The translations under genes were made by a program, and so were the position numbers. A stretch of DNA of 64,000 bases from Nemertoderma westbladi. Taxonomy: Eukaryota > Animalia > Xenacoelomorpha. The stretch covers positions 186,001 to 250,000 of the forward strand of contig JAUCBJ010007289.1 of the NCBI GenBank assembly GCA_032718475.1. Direction: 5' to 3'. Shown one piece after another: positions 50,998 through 62,667 of the stretch (positions are counted from its first letter, which is position 1; every line of letters starts with the position of its first letter). The notes under the pieces are model-generated. The model was given only the letters and a program-made list of their open reading frames with translations, was not told the origin of the DNA and made no database searches.

Positions 50998-51692
50998 GAC
51001 TTCGGTGTAACATGCCTGGAAGGCGCCACGTGATATGTGCGAACTCTTAAGTACAAATTCAAATAACCTAAAAATAATTGAAAAAGTGCAATTTGTATGT
51101 ACGTACGTAGTAATCAGTAGTCTAGTAACAAATATATTCAAAGTAAGTGCTATAGTCATTCAAACTTTTTCCAATTAGCTACTGGGACTGGGGACTAGTT
51201 GACTATAGCACTACAACCACAGATAGGATATGGACGACATCATACTTCTTGAGTGCGACGGCACATGAGAGGCGTGAGACTCGTTGGAAACGAGTAAGTG
51301 AGAATAGGGGTCAAGTAATAGAGTGATAGTGCGGAGTGTGGAGAGAGTGTGGGCGCAATTCAAGTGTGGGGGGGGAGAAGTAAAAGGCAGAGTGAGGGAC
51401 GAGGAGGTCCGGGAGTGTGGAAGAGTTAGGGTGGAAGTGTTGGGGAAACAAAAGTTGTGTGAGAGAAGCGCACGACCGGCCCAACACGGGACGCCAGATG
51501 CCTTGGTACAAATAGGTAGAGTTGTACCAAGGTGGGGTAGCAATATCATACCCACAGGGAGCGGCCTGGAAAGCCGGCTCCGAAAGAAAATAGTTCCACC
51601 CCACACTCGATGCTAGATCGAGATCCAGCGGAATTGTAGCGCACTAGAGGTGGATGCTATCTTCTCACCAGGAAGATAGCATGGGGGGGGAG

Positions 51693-52266
51693 TGTTAGCG
51701 TATTCAATTCCGCTAGCCAACCCCATAAAGTGAGCTTTAAGCAATATTGGGAACACGAGGTTGATAGCCAATATCAACCTCGTATCACCCCAATAAAATG
51801 GGGACAAGAAAACCCAGTGGACACACACACAATAGGGGTCATGGGTTACATCCCTGAGAGAGAGGGAATAGCAGGAGTAAAGTTAAACACTCCAGGGCAG
51901 GTGAAAGGGCGACAATTAGGTTATTAGCCAATGGGGGGAAGGCATCGGTCAAGTAATGTAACGCGGCCAACCGTGCAATATATATTACCAGTAACCGTGT
52001 AATTCATTCACTTGTAGTAAGTCAGTTAGTTAGGGCAGTACCGGAACTCTAATCACCGTCTCCGTCTGCTGTCAGCAATATATCATCATTTACCGGTACA
52101 CTACATCAAACATCAATAATTCGCGCTATTATCATTTATTATATTATATCCTTGAACCTATATACACCGATCAATCAATAACTCTTTCCATCTTTTCACA
52201 TACACACGGCGGGGACGCGTAGACTAGAAACCGGATAAACCGGGATCCTCGGTGGATCCCGTCACA
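51693..52266 (+). repeat. 3' LTR of A2
   Basis: PPT GGGGGGGGAG, then TGTTAGC...GTCACA, then TSD CCACT. Confidence 0.95.
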
Positions 52267-52271
52267 CCACT

Positions 52272-52394
52272 TTCACTGCCGCTGTCAGCCTGCTGGCCCG
52301 CTATTTTCAAATAACCGCTTAGCGTTGGATATTCTACAGTAATTCTAAAAGTAATTCACCCAAAACTATTCTCCGCTATGCAGCATACAATTTC
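52272..52394 (-). repeat. Family C LTR-like fragment C2, part 2 (continues 35875-36272)
   Basis: Reverse complement aligns with about 9305-9400 (GCATAGCGGAG...GCGGTTATTTGAA). Confidence 0.7.
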
Positions 52395-53563
52395 TGTAAA
52401 GGCTTTTGCGGAATTAACCGGTTATTTTCCCCGTAAAGTACTCTGTAGTTGGTTTAACAGGCATAAAAGGCCTTGTCCTTACTGTACTGTTGTTTTAGAG
52501 GACATAAAAGCCATTTCTTCTGTATGTGTACTTTAACGGACATAATTAGTAATTCTATGACGCAATACGCCAGATCCTCTTGAAACAGTGTAGCTACCAT
52601 GACGACGGCTAACAGCTGATGCTGTACACGTGGAGCTTGTTCTTTGTTCTCTGTTCCTTCTTTGTTCGGTCGACCAATCAGAGCGTTTTTTGGCTCTGTG
52701 TTGGAGATTGTATATAGAAACTCGTGGAGTTGAGTCAGTATGTGATTTTATCCACAGCCTACAACACCGGCTTTGGAACCTCCGTGTTTCAGTCTTTAGC
52801 CCAACATTAGTAGGCTTAATTATAGAACGTATATCTGTTATCATACAAACTGATCATAACATCACTGCATTCATAACCATTCACACCTTAAGCTTTGTAC
52901 TGCTATTTACTGTCGGTTATTCATTATATTTGTTGATGGAATATTATATTTGGAATACTGATAAATAATCAGACACCCCAATCTTCTTGATATACTAAAG
53001 GTTAGAGAGACCGGTTACATATAACGATTGCGACTTACATTAAGTGGTTTGAAGTGAATCTAATGCTATTTTATAGGCCCTAAATGTATTGTCTGTTGTT
53101 CTCTTTATATGTGACTAAATTTAGTGAAGGTCGGCAGATTAGTGTGCAGCATTGTGCAGTATTGTGTATGATTGTGACTGATAACAAAGCATCTCCTAAG
53201 GGAATGCGCCATATACGTGAATCTATAGCCATCCCGTTGTGTCTAGTTTAAGTCATAACTCTGTTTACATATTTAGAGCGCCACGTCCTAAAGGAACTGT
53301 TAATATTTCCCGAAAGTGAATAATATTTGTCAGAGATTATATATATTAATGATCAGTCGAATAATACAGTAGGCCTACCCCGCAATACGGTTAGGCTTCC
53401 GAATCCAGTCTCCCGGGTATATCCAGCGGGTGAATGATCGCGCATAGACTGGCTTCGGCTAATGTAGTGTATCAAATACTTGTCATAGGCTAAAGACGAT
53501 CTATTATCTAGAAGACATCCCAATTTGGCAGGTTAAACTGCTAAAGGTCTGAAAGCGCGAACA
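52395..53563 (+). repeat. 5' LTR of B3
   Basis: TGTAAAGGC...GCGCGAACA. Confidence 0.93.
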
Positions 53564-53575
53564 ATAACAGATATA
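53564..53575 (+). promoter_or_regulatory. Non-tRNA PBS of B3 (ATAACAGATATA), complementary to LTR site 52830-52841
   Basis: Directly follows the terminal CA; 12/12 complement TATATCTGTTAT. Confidence 0.72.
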
Positions 53576-53908
53576 AAGTTCGGATTGCAGGGTAGGCAAT
53601 AAATACAGTTTAATATTGTTCTGGTAAGAACAATAACAGATATAGCTTCTGTATTGCAGTAGGCAATAAAGCTGAAGTACCGGCAACCGGTACCCAGTAG
53701 GCCTGAATACCTAACCAACTGGACCGGTACCTACAGCAGTACAGGTACAGCAGTATTATTCGATTGTGAAATTGTATACCGGTAGGCTGTTTAAGAGATT
53801 AGGGACTGTATACCCCTTGTTTCTTTTGGAGCTTACTTATTTCTGTCAGTTTTATTTATTTGTAGGCCAGTATTGAGCAGAAGGCGTGTAAGCCTGCTCA
53901 GATTGTAC

Positions 53909-54480
53909 AGACAATTTGTAGGCTGGACTGTTGTCTGACTGTTGTTAAGTCTGAAGGGACTGTAGTGTGTGTAGAGCATATGTCTGAAAAAGTACTAGTT
54001 AGGAAAGTAGGGGCTGCCAGTGCTGTGAGGTGAACCCCCTCGAAAGAATAAGTCGTACTACTCGGTTAGAACGCATACTAACTAACCATTTCGGAGTCTG
54101 CATATACTGTAGTTTATTTGGGCTTGATAGTAGTCTGCCAGCGTTTGGTCTGTACTTTGTTTGTGTAGTTTGTACGGGTAGCGTAATATTTCTTATTTAG
54201 ATAATTTGTAGGCTGGATTTTGTCTGGCTGTTGTTAGGTCTTGAGAGATTTCGGTGTGTGTAGATTGTATGTCCGATAAAGTGCCAGTTGGGAACGTAGG
54301 GGCTTCCAGAGCTGTGAGGTAAACCCCCTCGAAAGAATAAGTCGTACTACTCGGTTAGAACGCATACTAACTAACCATTTCGGAGTCTGCATATACCGTA
54401 GTTTGTTTGGGCTTGATAGTAGTCTGTCAGTATTTGGTCTGCATTTTGTTTGAGTAGTCTGTACGCGTAGCATAATATTT
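53909..54480. repeat. About 290-bp tandem duplication in the B3 leader (single copy in B1)
   Basis: AATTTGTAGGCTGGA...CGAAAGAATAAGTCGTACTACTCGGTTAGAACGCATACTAACTAACC occurs twice. Confidence 0.9.
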
Positions 54481-55426
54481 ATTATTCAGAGTTTATGCGA
54501 TTATTCGCAACATTCATATCCCCAAGTTAATTCCTACAGTAATTGTGCTTGTTATATATACCGTTATAGTTAAACTAACCCCGGTACTACATCAGGGCTG
54601 CTTGGCATAGGTAAAGACTGGTGATTTTGTGCCCCGGTCACTCCAGCAGATACCGTGGTTCTTTTAGCTGTTCAAGTATTTTTAACTACTGATTATTTGT
54701 TGTACAAGTACTTGTACCTAATTTAGGGTTTAGTGTACAGTGCTTTCCGAAGGCAATTGGTGTGTAGGCAGTATATTTGTGTTGTAAAGTGGTTAATAGG
54801 CACGTTGGTTCTGGTAGACCGCGGTAATTAACTTCTAGGTAGGAACACTCCGTGATACATAACGTAGTACTTATAGCGATACGGCTATAAGTCGTCAGAC
54901 GGTGGTATTTTTCTATCTGGACAACGCAGTATATTTACTACTACTTATTATTTTCAAATACCGTAGTACCCTGTCCGTTGTAATAACCAGATATTCTAAC
55001 CCTTTGTTAGACTGGTTTGTAGATTCCCTGTAAAATTACCCTAAAAATTTGTACTTGTAATTGTTGTGTTTATTTAGAGATTGTAATCTCACCCAGAATT
55101 GTACGTAATTTGTAGTATTAAGTAACTTAGGTAAATTATAATTATTTGTTTTAGTGTCCAACAAGTAACACTTCACTGAGAGCGCACAGCTTCTGTGTAG
55201 TGACTCCCCCCAGAAATAATAACATTTATTTCAAATATTGACAAAACCCATTTTAACGGGTATATATATTATAAATCAACTCAAACGATTTATAAATAGT
55301 AGGCCTGCCATACATCAATTAGGTCTAAATATCAGTTGGACTACTGCTCAAATAACGGTAATAAAGTAAGTAAAGTAACCAAGTAACCCCTAAAAATCAG
55401 AAATTCAATTATTTAAAATAATTGAC

Positions 55427-55668
55427 ATACCGGTATTTACCATAGGCCTATTATATATTTATAAATTTAGGCTGAAATTATACCGGTATTCTGTAATTAA
55501 TTCTAGTTAATAATTATACTTATATATACTATAAGTGTAAGCTCTATACCGGTATTCACGATAGGCCTATTATATATTTATATATACTTGTGCTGGAATT
55601 ACATACCGGTATTCTGTGACAAACCTAGTCTGTAATAATACTTATATATACTATAAGCATACCGGTAT
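55427..55668. repeat. Five ATACCGGTAT palindromes in the B3 leader
   Basis: Start positions 55427, 55480, 55546, 55603 and 55659. Confidence 0.9.
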
Positions 55669-55804
55669 TCTAATATATTATATATATATTACGCTACACT
55701 GAGTAGCAGTATCGGTAATTAATTACTAGGCTAACGGTGATACTGAATTACTAGACTTGCTTAAACTGTAATATAGCAGTAGGCATTCAACTGTACAAAC
55801 CAAC

Positions 55805-58800
55805 ATGTCTGACACAAAGCAAAACCTGTCAGACAGTCTCCTAGATACAACCATATGTGACCCAGACAGGAGTGTGGAACGAGTAGGACCGAAGTTCAAC
55901 TCACCTCCTACTGTAAGAAAGATCATCCCTCCCGTAGTAATATCAGACCCTAGGCTAGTCCAACATCGTAGGTCTATCATAGGCACTCGAGCTCAGGTCA
56001 AGCGGGACCAAGAAGCAGCGGAACCGCAACAACCCGCTAGCCAAGAACTTATTTCTCAACGGCCCGACAGCTCCAGTAGTGAGGATACTGTAGAGCTGAC
56101 ACCCGAGCGCTTAGCAAAGATGACAGGTGCGGTTTATTCGGATCCCCTTCTCATCCTTCCTGCAGCCGTACTCACTAGGTTATTGATTGCGGTGGAAGAA
56201 CACCAGATCGATTAGGCGAGAAATAAGCGATCGACTAAAGATAGTTATGCGGGATACACAAGGGAAGAACTGAAGTCTATTGTCGAGTCGCAATGGAACT
56301 TCCCCGGACCCAGACTCCCGTTTGATTTATCAGAAGCTGCCTGGGAAGACATACACAGGATGGGAGTAACCAAGGAAACCATCGATCCAGCTGTGTGGAA
56401 GAGGTCCACAGCCGGATACGTACAAGGATTCTTCAGCTCCATGGAGCGATTAGAAAAACAACTGTTTCAACAACCCCAAGGACCTCAGGAGCAGGGACAG
56501 CTGCTTTATCAAGTTAGAGAAAGAATTCTACGAATCAGGCTAATCTTATCGGCCTTTGAGGAGGCTTCTAAAAGAAGACAAGACACGTCGTTGCAAGTTG
56601 CCGTAAAGACTTGGTTTCAACGGGTGAGCCTCCAGGTGCAAGGAACGGCTCAGTGGAAAGCCCAGCTGGATGAGCGCTCAACCCATGGAGAATCAACAGA
56701 CGCTACTTTTTCCCAAGTGGAAAGTGAAGCGACGGCAGAGAAACCGTATAAGAGGGATGCCATTGACATCTATCTGTCAGACTATCAACGTTTTTTAGGT
56801 GATGAAGAGTTGAGGAGAAGGCTAAATGGACTTAGCCCTAATAGTGAAGGAGCCAAGCTTGTGTTGGACGCAATCGATGTGGATAGGTTAGCTGCGAACC
56901 AAGCTAAATTTGATGAAAGCATCCTCATCGCTAAGGTTCAAGAAGAACAAGTAATGAAAAAACGTATAGAAGATAGAAAGACAGCGGCAGTGGCAGCAGC
57001 AGGGGCAGCGGCAGAAGCGGAAAGAAAAGCGGCAGCAGCAGTGGCAGCGGCAGAAGCAGAAAGAAAAGCGGCAGTGGCAGTGGCAGCGGCCGAAGTGGAA
57101 AGAAAGGCGGCAGTGGCAGCAGCAGAGGCAGTGGCAGAAGCAGAACGGAGAGCATCTGAAGAGACAACCCAACTAGAGTTGGAAAATCTTCAAGAGAGGC
57201 AAGACAACTTCAATAAACAGTTAACAGCTAGTCAAATGCAGATGATGAGGCGATCTACTCCCAAGAGGCAGGGATATACATCATCTGAGGAAGGCGATAC
57301 CACCGATCCTGAAGGCGGAGGAAATAGATCTCGTCTAAGCAGACGTAGAAGAACATCCCACCGTCAGAAATTGCCTGATTTGCCCCCAGCTGTTAGAAGG
57401 CAACTAAATAACACAAACTTAGGTAGTACAGAGCCCACAGACCAAATAATTAAGAAAGACTCCCTACTATAGTAGATGAGCCTGAAATAATTAGGCCTGT
57501 TCTCGAAGCCACCTCTTCGATGATAGAGACACCTGTACTCCCTGAACCTACCTCTAAATTCCCTCTGCACAGCACGAAGCTACCTGTGCCCCACAGAACC
57601 ACCCCTGAAATTGTTCATGTCCTGGACTCCGAGCGAAATATTCATGATTTGTCGCCCGTTGTCCCTCGTCTGCCCGCTACAACGTTGGCGCCTCCCGTTT
57701 CGGCGGTCGAATGGGTAGATGAGGGACGACGGGAGATGGGTCTCCTGCTCGGACAGCTGAGGGAACAACATTCTTGCTCCTCTCAGCAGGCCCAGGAGAT
57801 GGAAGGAACTGTGCAGCAGTTAAAGGGAACGATTAGAGAGAGTAGGTTAGAGTTGCAAGAAGTGCAGCAAAGTATCGCTTTTGAACGCGATAAATTAGTA
57901 AATACACAAAAGGGTATACCACCAACCCCGGTAACAATGTGTCAACCTGTTAGGTCTGAAGTATTTCATGCGCAAGGTGTGGAGCCTACACGCATATATA
58001 CTGCTAGCGAAGTAGAAACTCCTATAGTGAACCCTATTAAGGGTAATTATAGACCTGTTGATAATGATATTCCCTATAGACCTGATCATAATCCGAGAAA
58101 TTTATATACCGATAACTCGATATTAAATAACACGATGGCCCAAGAAAGTTTTACGCGTCAAATGGCTAGAACTGAAGCCCATCAAGCGGTAAAGGTGGGA
58201 GAGATAGTCAAGTTCAATGGAGATGAGATGAAATGGTTACCTTTTAATGAATATTATAAAGATAACATACAGAACTCTGTACTATCTAATGGAGAGAAAC
58301 TTAGATTCCTCATCGAGTGCTTGGAAGGATCTCCCAAGTTAATGGCGTTAAAGTTTATTGGACATCCAGACGGATTAAGACAAGTTTGGGATACACTAAA
58401 CATCAGGTATGGTAATAGGAATAACATAGCTAAATATTTGTATGCAAAATTAGTAGCGCCCCGAAAGTTCATCAGCAGCGGGATAATAGAGTTTTCCAAT
58501 GAGATTCAAGAGATCTGTAGACAATTAGATTGGTTAGGTAAATCTCATGAATATCAGAGTTCTATGGTTATTGGAGCCATGGCTTCTACTTTACCGAAGG
58601 GTGGAGTAGGTACACGCTGGGATAAGAAAGTGTTATATATGATGGAACAACAACGACGAGACCCTACCATGGCTGATCTCATGTCATTCTTAGATGGAGA
58701 AGTGAAATTACAGCTCCTAAAACAGTCCAGAGAGAAGACACCGGAAAACAAGGTAAGTGAGAAACCCGTTTCTAGGAGAAAGGTAACACCTGTGTGTTAT

Positions 58801-61678
58801 ACAGACGACAGCGAAAGCCAGACTTCTCAAGGAGAGGATAGCGGGAAAGACACTGAAAGATCTTATTATGTCAATAAAATGCCTAAAGAACAGGTAAGTA
58901 AATTCAAGTCTCGAAACAATGACAGGAGAGAACAGGTAAGAAAAACTCCTCCTACGTCTCCTAAGAGAATTCAGGTGAGAAAGCCCGAAGAAAGAATGAG
59001 TGTGCACAATGTTATTCAAAATAAGGTAAGTAACATCAAACCGAAATGTGCGCTATGTGACAGGACCCACCGTTTGAATATGTGTGATGAATTCCTGAAG
59101 AAATCATTAACGGAGAGAAGGGAAGTCATGTGGGATAAGCGGTTGTGTTATAATTGCCTCAGACAAGGACACCAACGGCGAACCTGTTACTCCGACACAA
59201 GGTGTGCAAAGTGTGGTGCGAAACATCATATCTTGTTACACACTGAATTTGAGCGAAACAGCCACCAGAGTCAGGTAAGTGATTCCGAACTACATGTCCA
59301 ATTAAGTGATGTGAACGACACTGACCAAAGTTCTGAGATGGAAGGATTCTATACAGATGAATTCTCTGACGAAGGTGAATCCTGTTACATGATAAATACC
59401 GCAGTGTATCGAGCACTTACGTATGAAAAAGACACAGACAGCGACCTCACCCTAACTACTTCTGATCGACAACCATCTTGGAAAGCGCCACCTTCCAATG
59501 TAGGAATCCGAGAATTTCCTGTAGTACAGGTAAGGGTCCACGGACCTAAAAGGAGTTATGTAGTGAACACCCTCCTTGACTCCGGTAGTAAGGAACATTC
59601 ATCGACAAAGAACTAGCCGAAGACATCTTTGCTGGACAACCCAAGCAAAATATGTCAGGAATTATGCAGGTTTGGAAATCTACAGTAATAGCGGATTATT
59701 ATGTAGGTGCGTTGTCCACCCCCCAGGATGAACTAGGAGAACATAGTATAAGGTCAGTAAAAATGGTGGCGATAAAGAACTTCGCTACCACCCAAGTGGA
59801 ACCTTATAACTGGGATGAGGACGATTTCACCCAGCAGCTGGAAATACCTAGATTCAACACCGATTACCCTGGAGTGCAAATACTCATCGGTCAAAACGCG
59901 CATGAAGCGCTCGAGACATTGGAGAAAGGCCTGCTCAACCGCAACCACTACAAGCTTATGCGGGAAGAACTAGAGAGGGTTGGTACTTTACTTGCCCTTC
60001 CCGTAGAACTCTCATGGAAAGATTACCGAAAGATCAGGTATATCAGGTAAGAGAATGGGAAGTTGAGAGCAGTGAGTTAGACGATCCAACTGAGGGAAAA
60101 CCATACTCCTCAGATAATGACGATGTCCACCAACTTTTCGATGAGGAGAATACCATCGATCTCCTTAAGGAAAACGAGACTTGGCAAAACCAAGTGAACT
60201 TATGTCAGCTCCTTCTTCCATCAGAGCAAGACGACTATAACGACGAGCTTAATGACGTCATTGAACGTTATAATGCCAAGACTCGGGATGAACACGCCGT
60301 ACGATTCTTTACTCAAGAGGCTGTAGAGCCCAATTCCTACGATAAGGCCCTATCGGTAGAGGAAGAAAGAGCCAAGCAGATCCAAGAGACAACTACACGT
60401 TTTCTTAAAGATCAAGGTAGATATGAGATCGGTCTACCTTTCCGAAAGCGAGAACCAAAGTTCGTAAACAACAGACCCTTGGCGGAGAAAAGAATTGCTC
60501 AACTACATCGACGCCTTACGGCAAATTCTTCAGCTAAAGAAATGTATCAAACGCAGTTGAAGAAATTTATTAGCAAGGGATATGCGGAACTAGTACCGAA
60601 AGAAACACCTATAACTGAGAGAACGTATTATTTAACTCACCATTATGTTCCCAAACCCGGTAAACCCCATGAGGTACGAGTGGTGTTTGACGGCTCCGCC
60701 CTCTATATGGGCCAATCCCTTAATTCTGAATTGTTACCCGGACCCAACTTACTCCAATCCTTGTTGGGAATACTCTTAAGATTAAGACAATATTCAATCG
60801 CTTTCGCCTCAGATATAGAAGGCATGTTCTTACAAGTCAAGGCGCTGGATAGGGATCGAGATAGCCTACGATTTCTGTGGTGGCCTGAAGGAGACCTCAA
60901 CCAGAAACCGGTGGAGTACTGGATGACCATCCAGGCTTTTGGGATAATCTCAAGCCCTTCAAACGCCTGTTCAGTGGTGCGCACCACTGCGGATGACAAC
61001 CAAGACGCCTTCTCTAAAGAGGTGATTGACAACATCAAGCGGGATATATACATGGATGACAATCTAAAGTCCCTTCCATCAGTCGAAGAAGCCATTGACG
61101 TCGCTAAAGGAACGGTAGAGTGCTTAAAAAGAGGTGGATTTCGATTAACTAAATTCACCAGCAACTCCCGTGAGTTTCTGGAGTCGATCCCGGTAGAAGA
61201 TCGAGGAGCGAAAGACCTGGATCTAATAAAAGATGATCTCCCAGAAACTAAGACCCTTGGTTTGAAATGGGAAACAGAAAGAGATATCCTGTTTTTCCAA
61301 CTAAAACAGCGAGATAATCCAGTTCGGACTAAACGGATTTGTTTAAGTATCCTGAGCACTTATTTCGATCCATTGGGATTTATTAGCCCAGTTATATTGA
61401 TTGCTCGGAGTTTAGTACAACAAATGTGGCTTGTAAACCACTCATGGGACGATCCACTTAAGGGAGAATTATTAAAGAAGTGGATGAAATGGGAAGATTC
61501 CCTACCAGCCATCGAGAACTTTATAATTTCCCGTTCATATTTTGGTCATGTTCTCCCTACGTATTCCTATCAACTCCATGTGTTTGGAGACGCCAGCGAT
61601 ATGGGAATAGGTATAGTAGCCTACCTAAGGGTGGAAACTCCGGACGGAATCAAAGTCGCCTTGGTTACCTCTAAGGCA
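55805..61678 (+). pseudogene. B3 gag-pol: N-terminal extension, DUF1759-like gag, triple Cys/His, protease, RT, RNase H start
   Basis: KFNGDEMKWLPF, CALC..H..C, CYNC..GH..C, CAKC..HH..LH, LLDSGS, VRVVFDGS, DIEGMFLQV, IYMDD, FDPLGFISP, LHVFGDAS. One stop at 56213 and several frameshifts. Confidence 0.95.
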
Positions 61679-61682
61679 TTAA

Positions 61683-62667
61683 CCCTATTAGTACCGGGCT
61701 ATAAAATGTTGTACAAATACCGGGAGGGGGTCATATTGACCCCCCCCCCCCCCCCCCTCTAAAATCTACAAATATTTACGAAAACGTCTGATTTTTTGTT
61801 TGTACGTAGGTATCACTTGTCTGGATTCGACCGAAAAAAAAAATTTCGAAAAAAATGTACTGGTGTGGTTATATTGCAGCACCAAAATTACAAGTAGTGC
61901 ACAATTTTCACCAAATTTGAAAGTTACATTTTCGGCTAATTACTTTTCAATACAGGTTTTCTGGGGTGCAAAATACATTGGAAAATATTTAAAAATGATA
62001 TGATTACTATAAATGGCTGTTTAGTCCTCTCTGCGTAGGAAAAAAATGAAAAAAACAAGTAACCAGCACTTTTCAGTTAGAACACAAAATTTTTAATTCA
62101 CTTATACGATGCTATAAATTCACATTTTCAGGTTTTCGAGGGCGCTGATTCTAATGGAATACATTTCTAATATGCCAGATCATTGCTACTTGTATTTTTC
62201 GGCGTTTTTTGGCAAATTTTGGTGCTAGCACCAAATTTCGTACCCATCACCAAAATGTACAAGTTTGCGATGTCCAGTGCTGTTTTTATTGATTCCATCG
62301 GTTTCAGGACCCTCATAAACCCGTATAACGCAAGAAACAAGGTGATACTATCTACTTATCAATTTGCATATTTTCCAAAATTTGGTGCTGGCACAACAAT
62401 TTTCACCTACCGGCGAAAAATACCATTTTGAGAACACTTATGAGATTTTTACTGATTCCATTGAATTCAGAACCATCACAAACCCATATAACGCAAGAAA
62501 CAAGGTGACACAATCAATTGATATATTTGATGGTTTTCAAAATTTGGTGCTAGCACCACATTTTGCACCCACATCCGAAAAATACAAGTTTGAGATGTCT
62601 AGTTCGATAATTATATTTTCCATTGAATTCAGAACAGCCATAAACCTCTAAAACCCAAGAAATAAGT
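61683..62667. mobile_element. piggyBac-like non-coding end or MITE
   Basis: TTAA|CCCT terminus, subterminal palindrome GGGGGTCA-TAT-TGACCCCC and AT-rich body. The other end is not in the window. Confidence 0.6.
62214..62667. repeat. About 163-bp tandem repeat, about three units, with palindrome TTTGGTGCTAGCACCAAA
   Basis: Units start near 62214, 62377 and 62539, sharing AAACCC(G/A)TATAACGCAAGAAACAAGGTGA. Confidence 0.85.

Larger units (their letters stand above)
36273..52266 (+). mobile_element. BEL/Pao family A, copy A2: full-span, 5-bp TSD CCACT, interrupted by family B sequence
   Basis: Near-identical LTRs at 36273-36841 and 51693-52266; CCACT at 36268-36272 and 52267-52271. Confidence 0.95.
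52395..61678 (+). mobile_element. BEL/Pao family B, copy B3 (5' LTR, 2.2-kb leader, gag-PR-RT-RNase H), interrupted by a piggyBac-like insertion
   Basis: LTR, leader and ORFs are homologous to B1; pol breaks at TTAA 61679-61682. Confidence 0.93.

Noticed and set aside
19990-61678. Large inverted repeat or palindrome (20-32 kb versus 43-60 kb)
   Set aside because: Explained by independent, diverged family B insertions in opposite orientations, each with its own boundaries.
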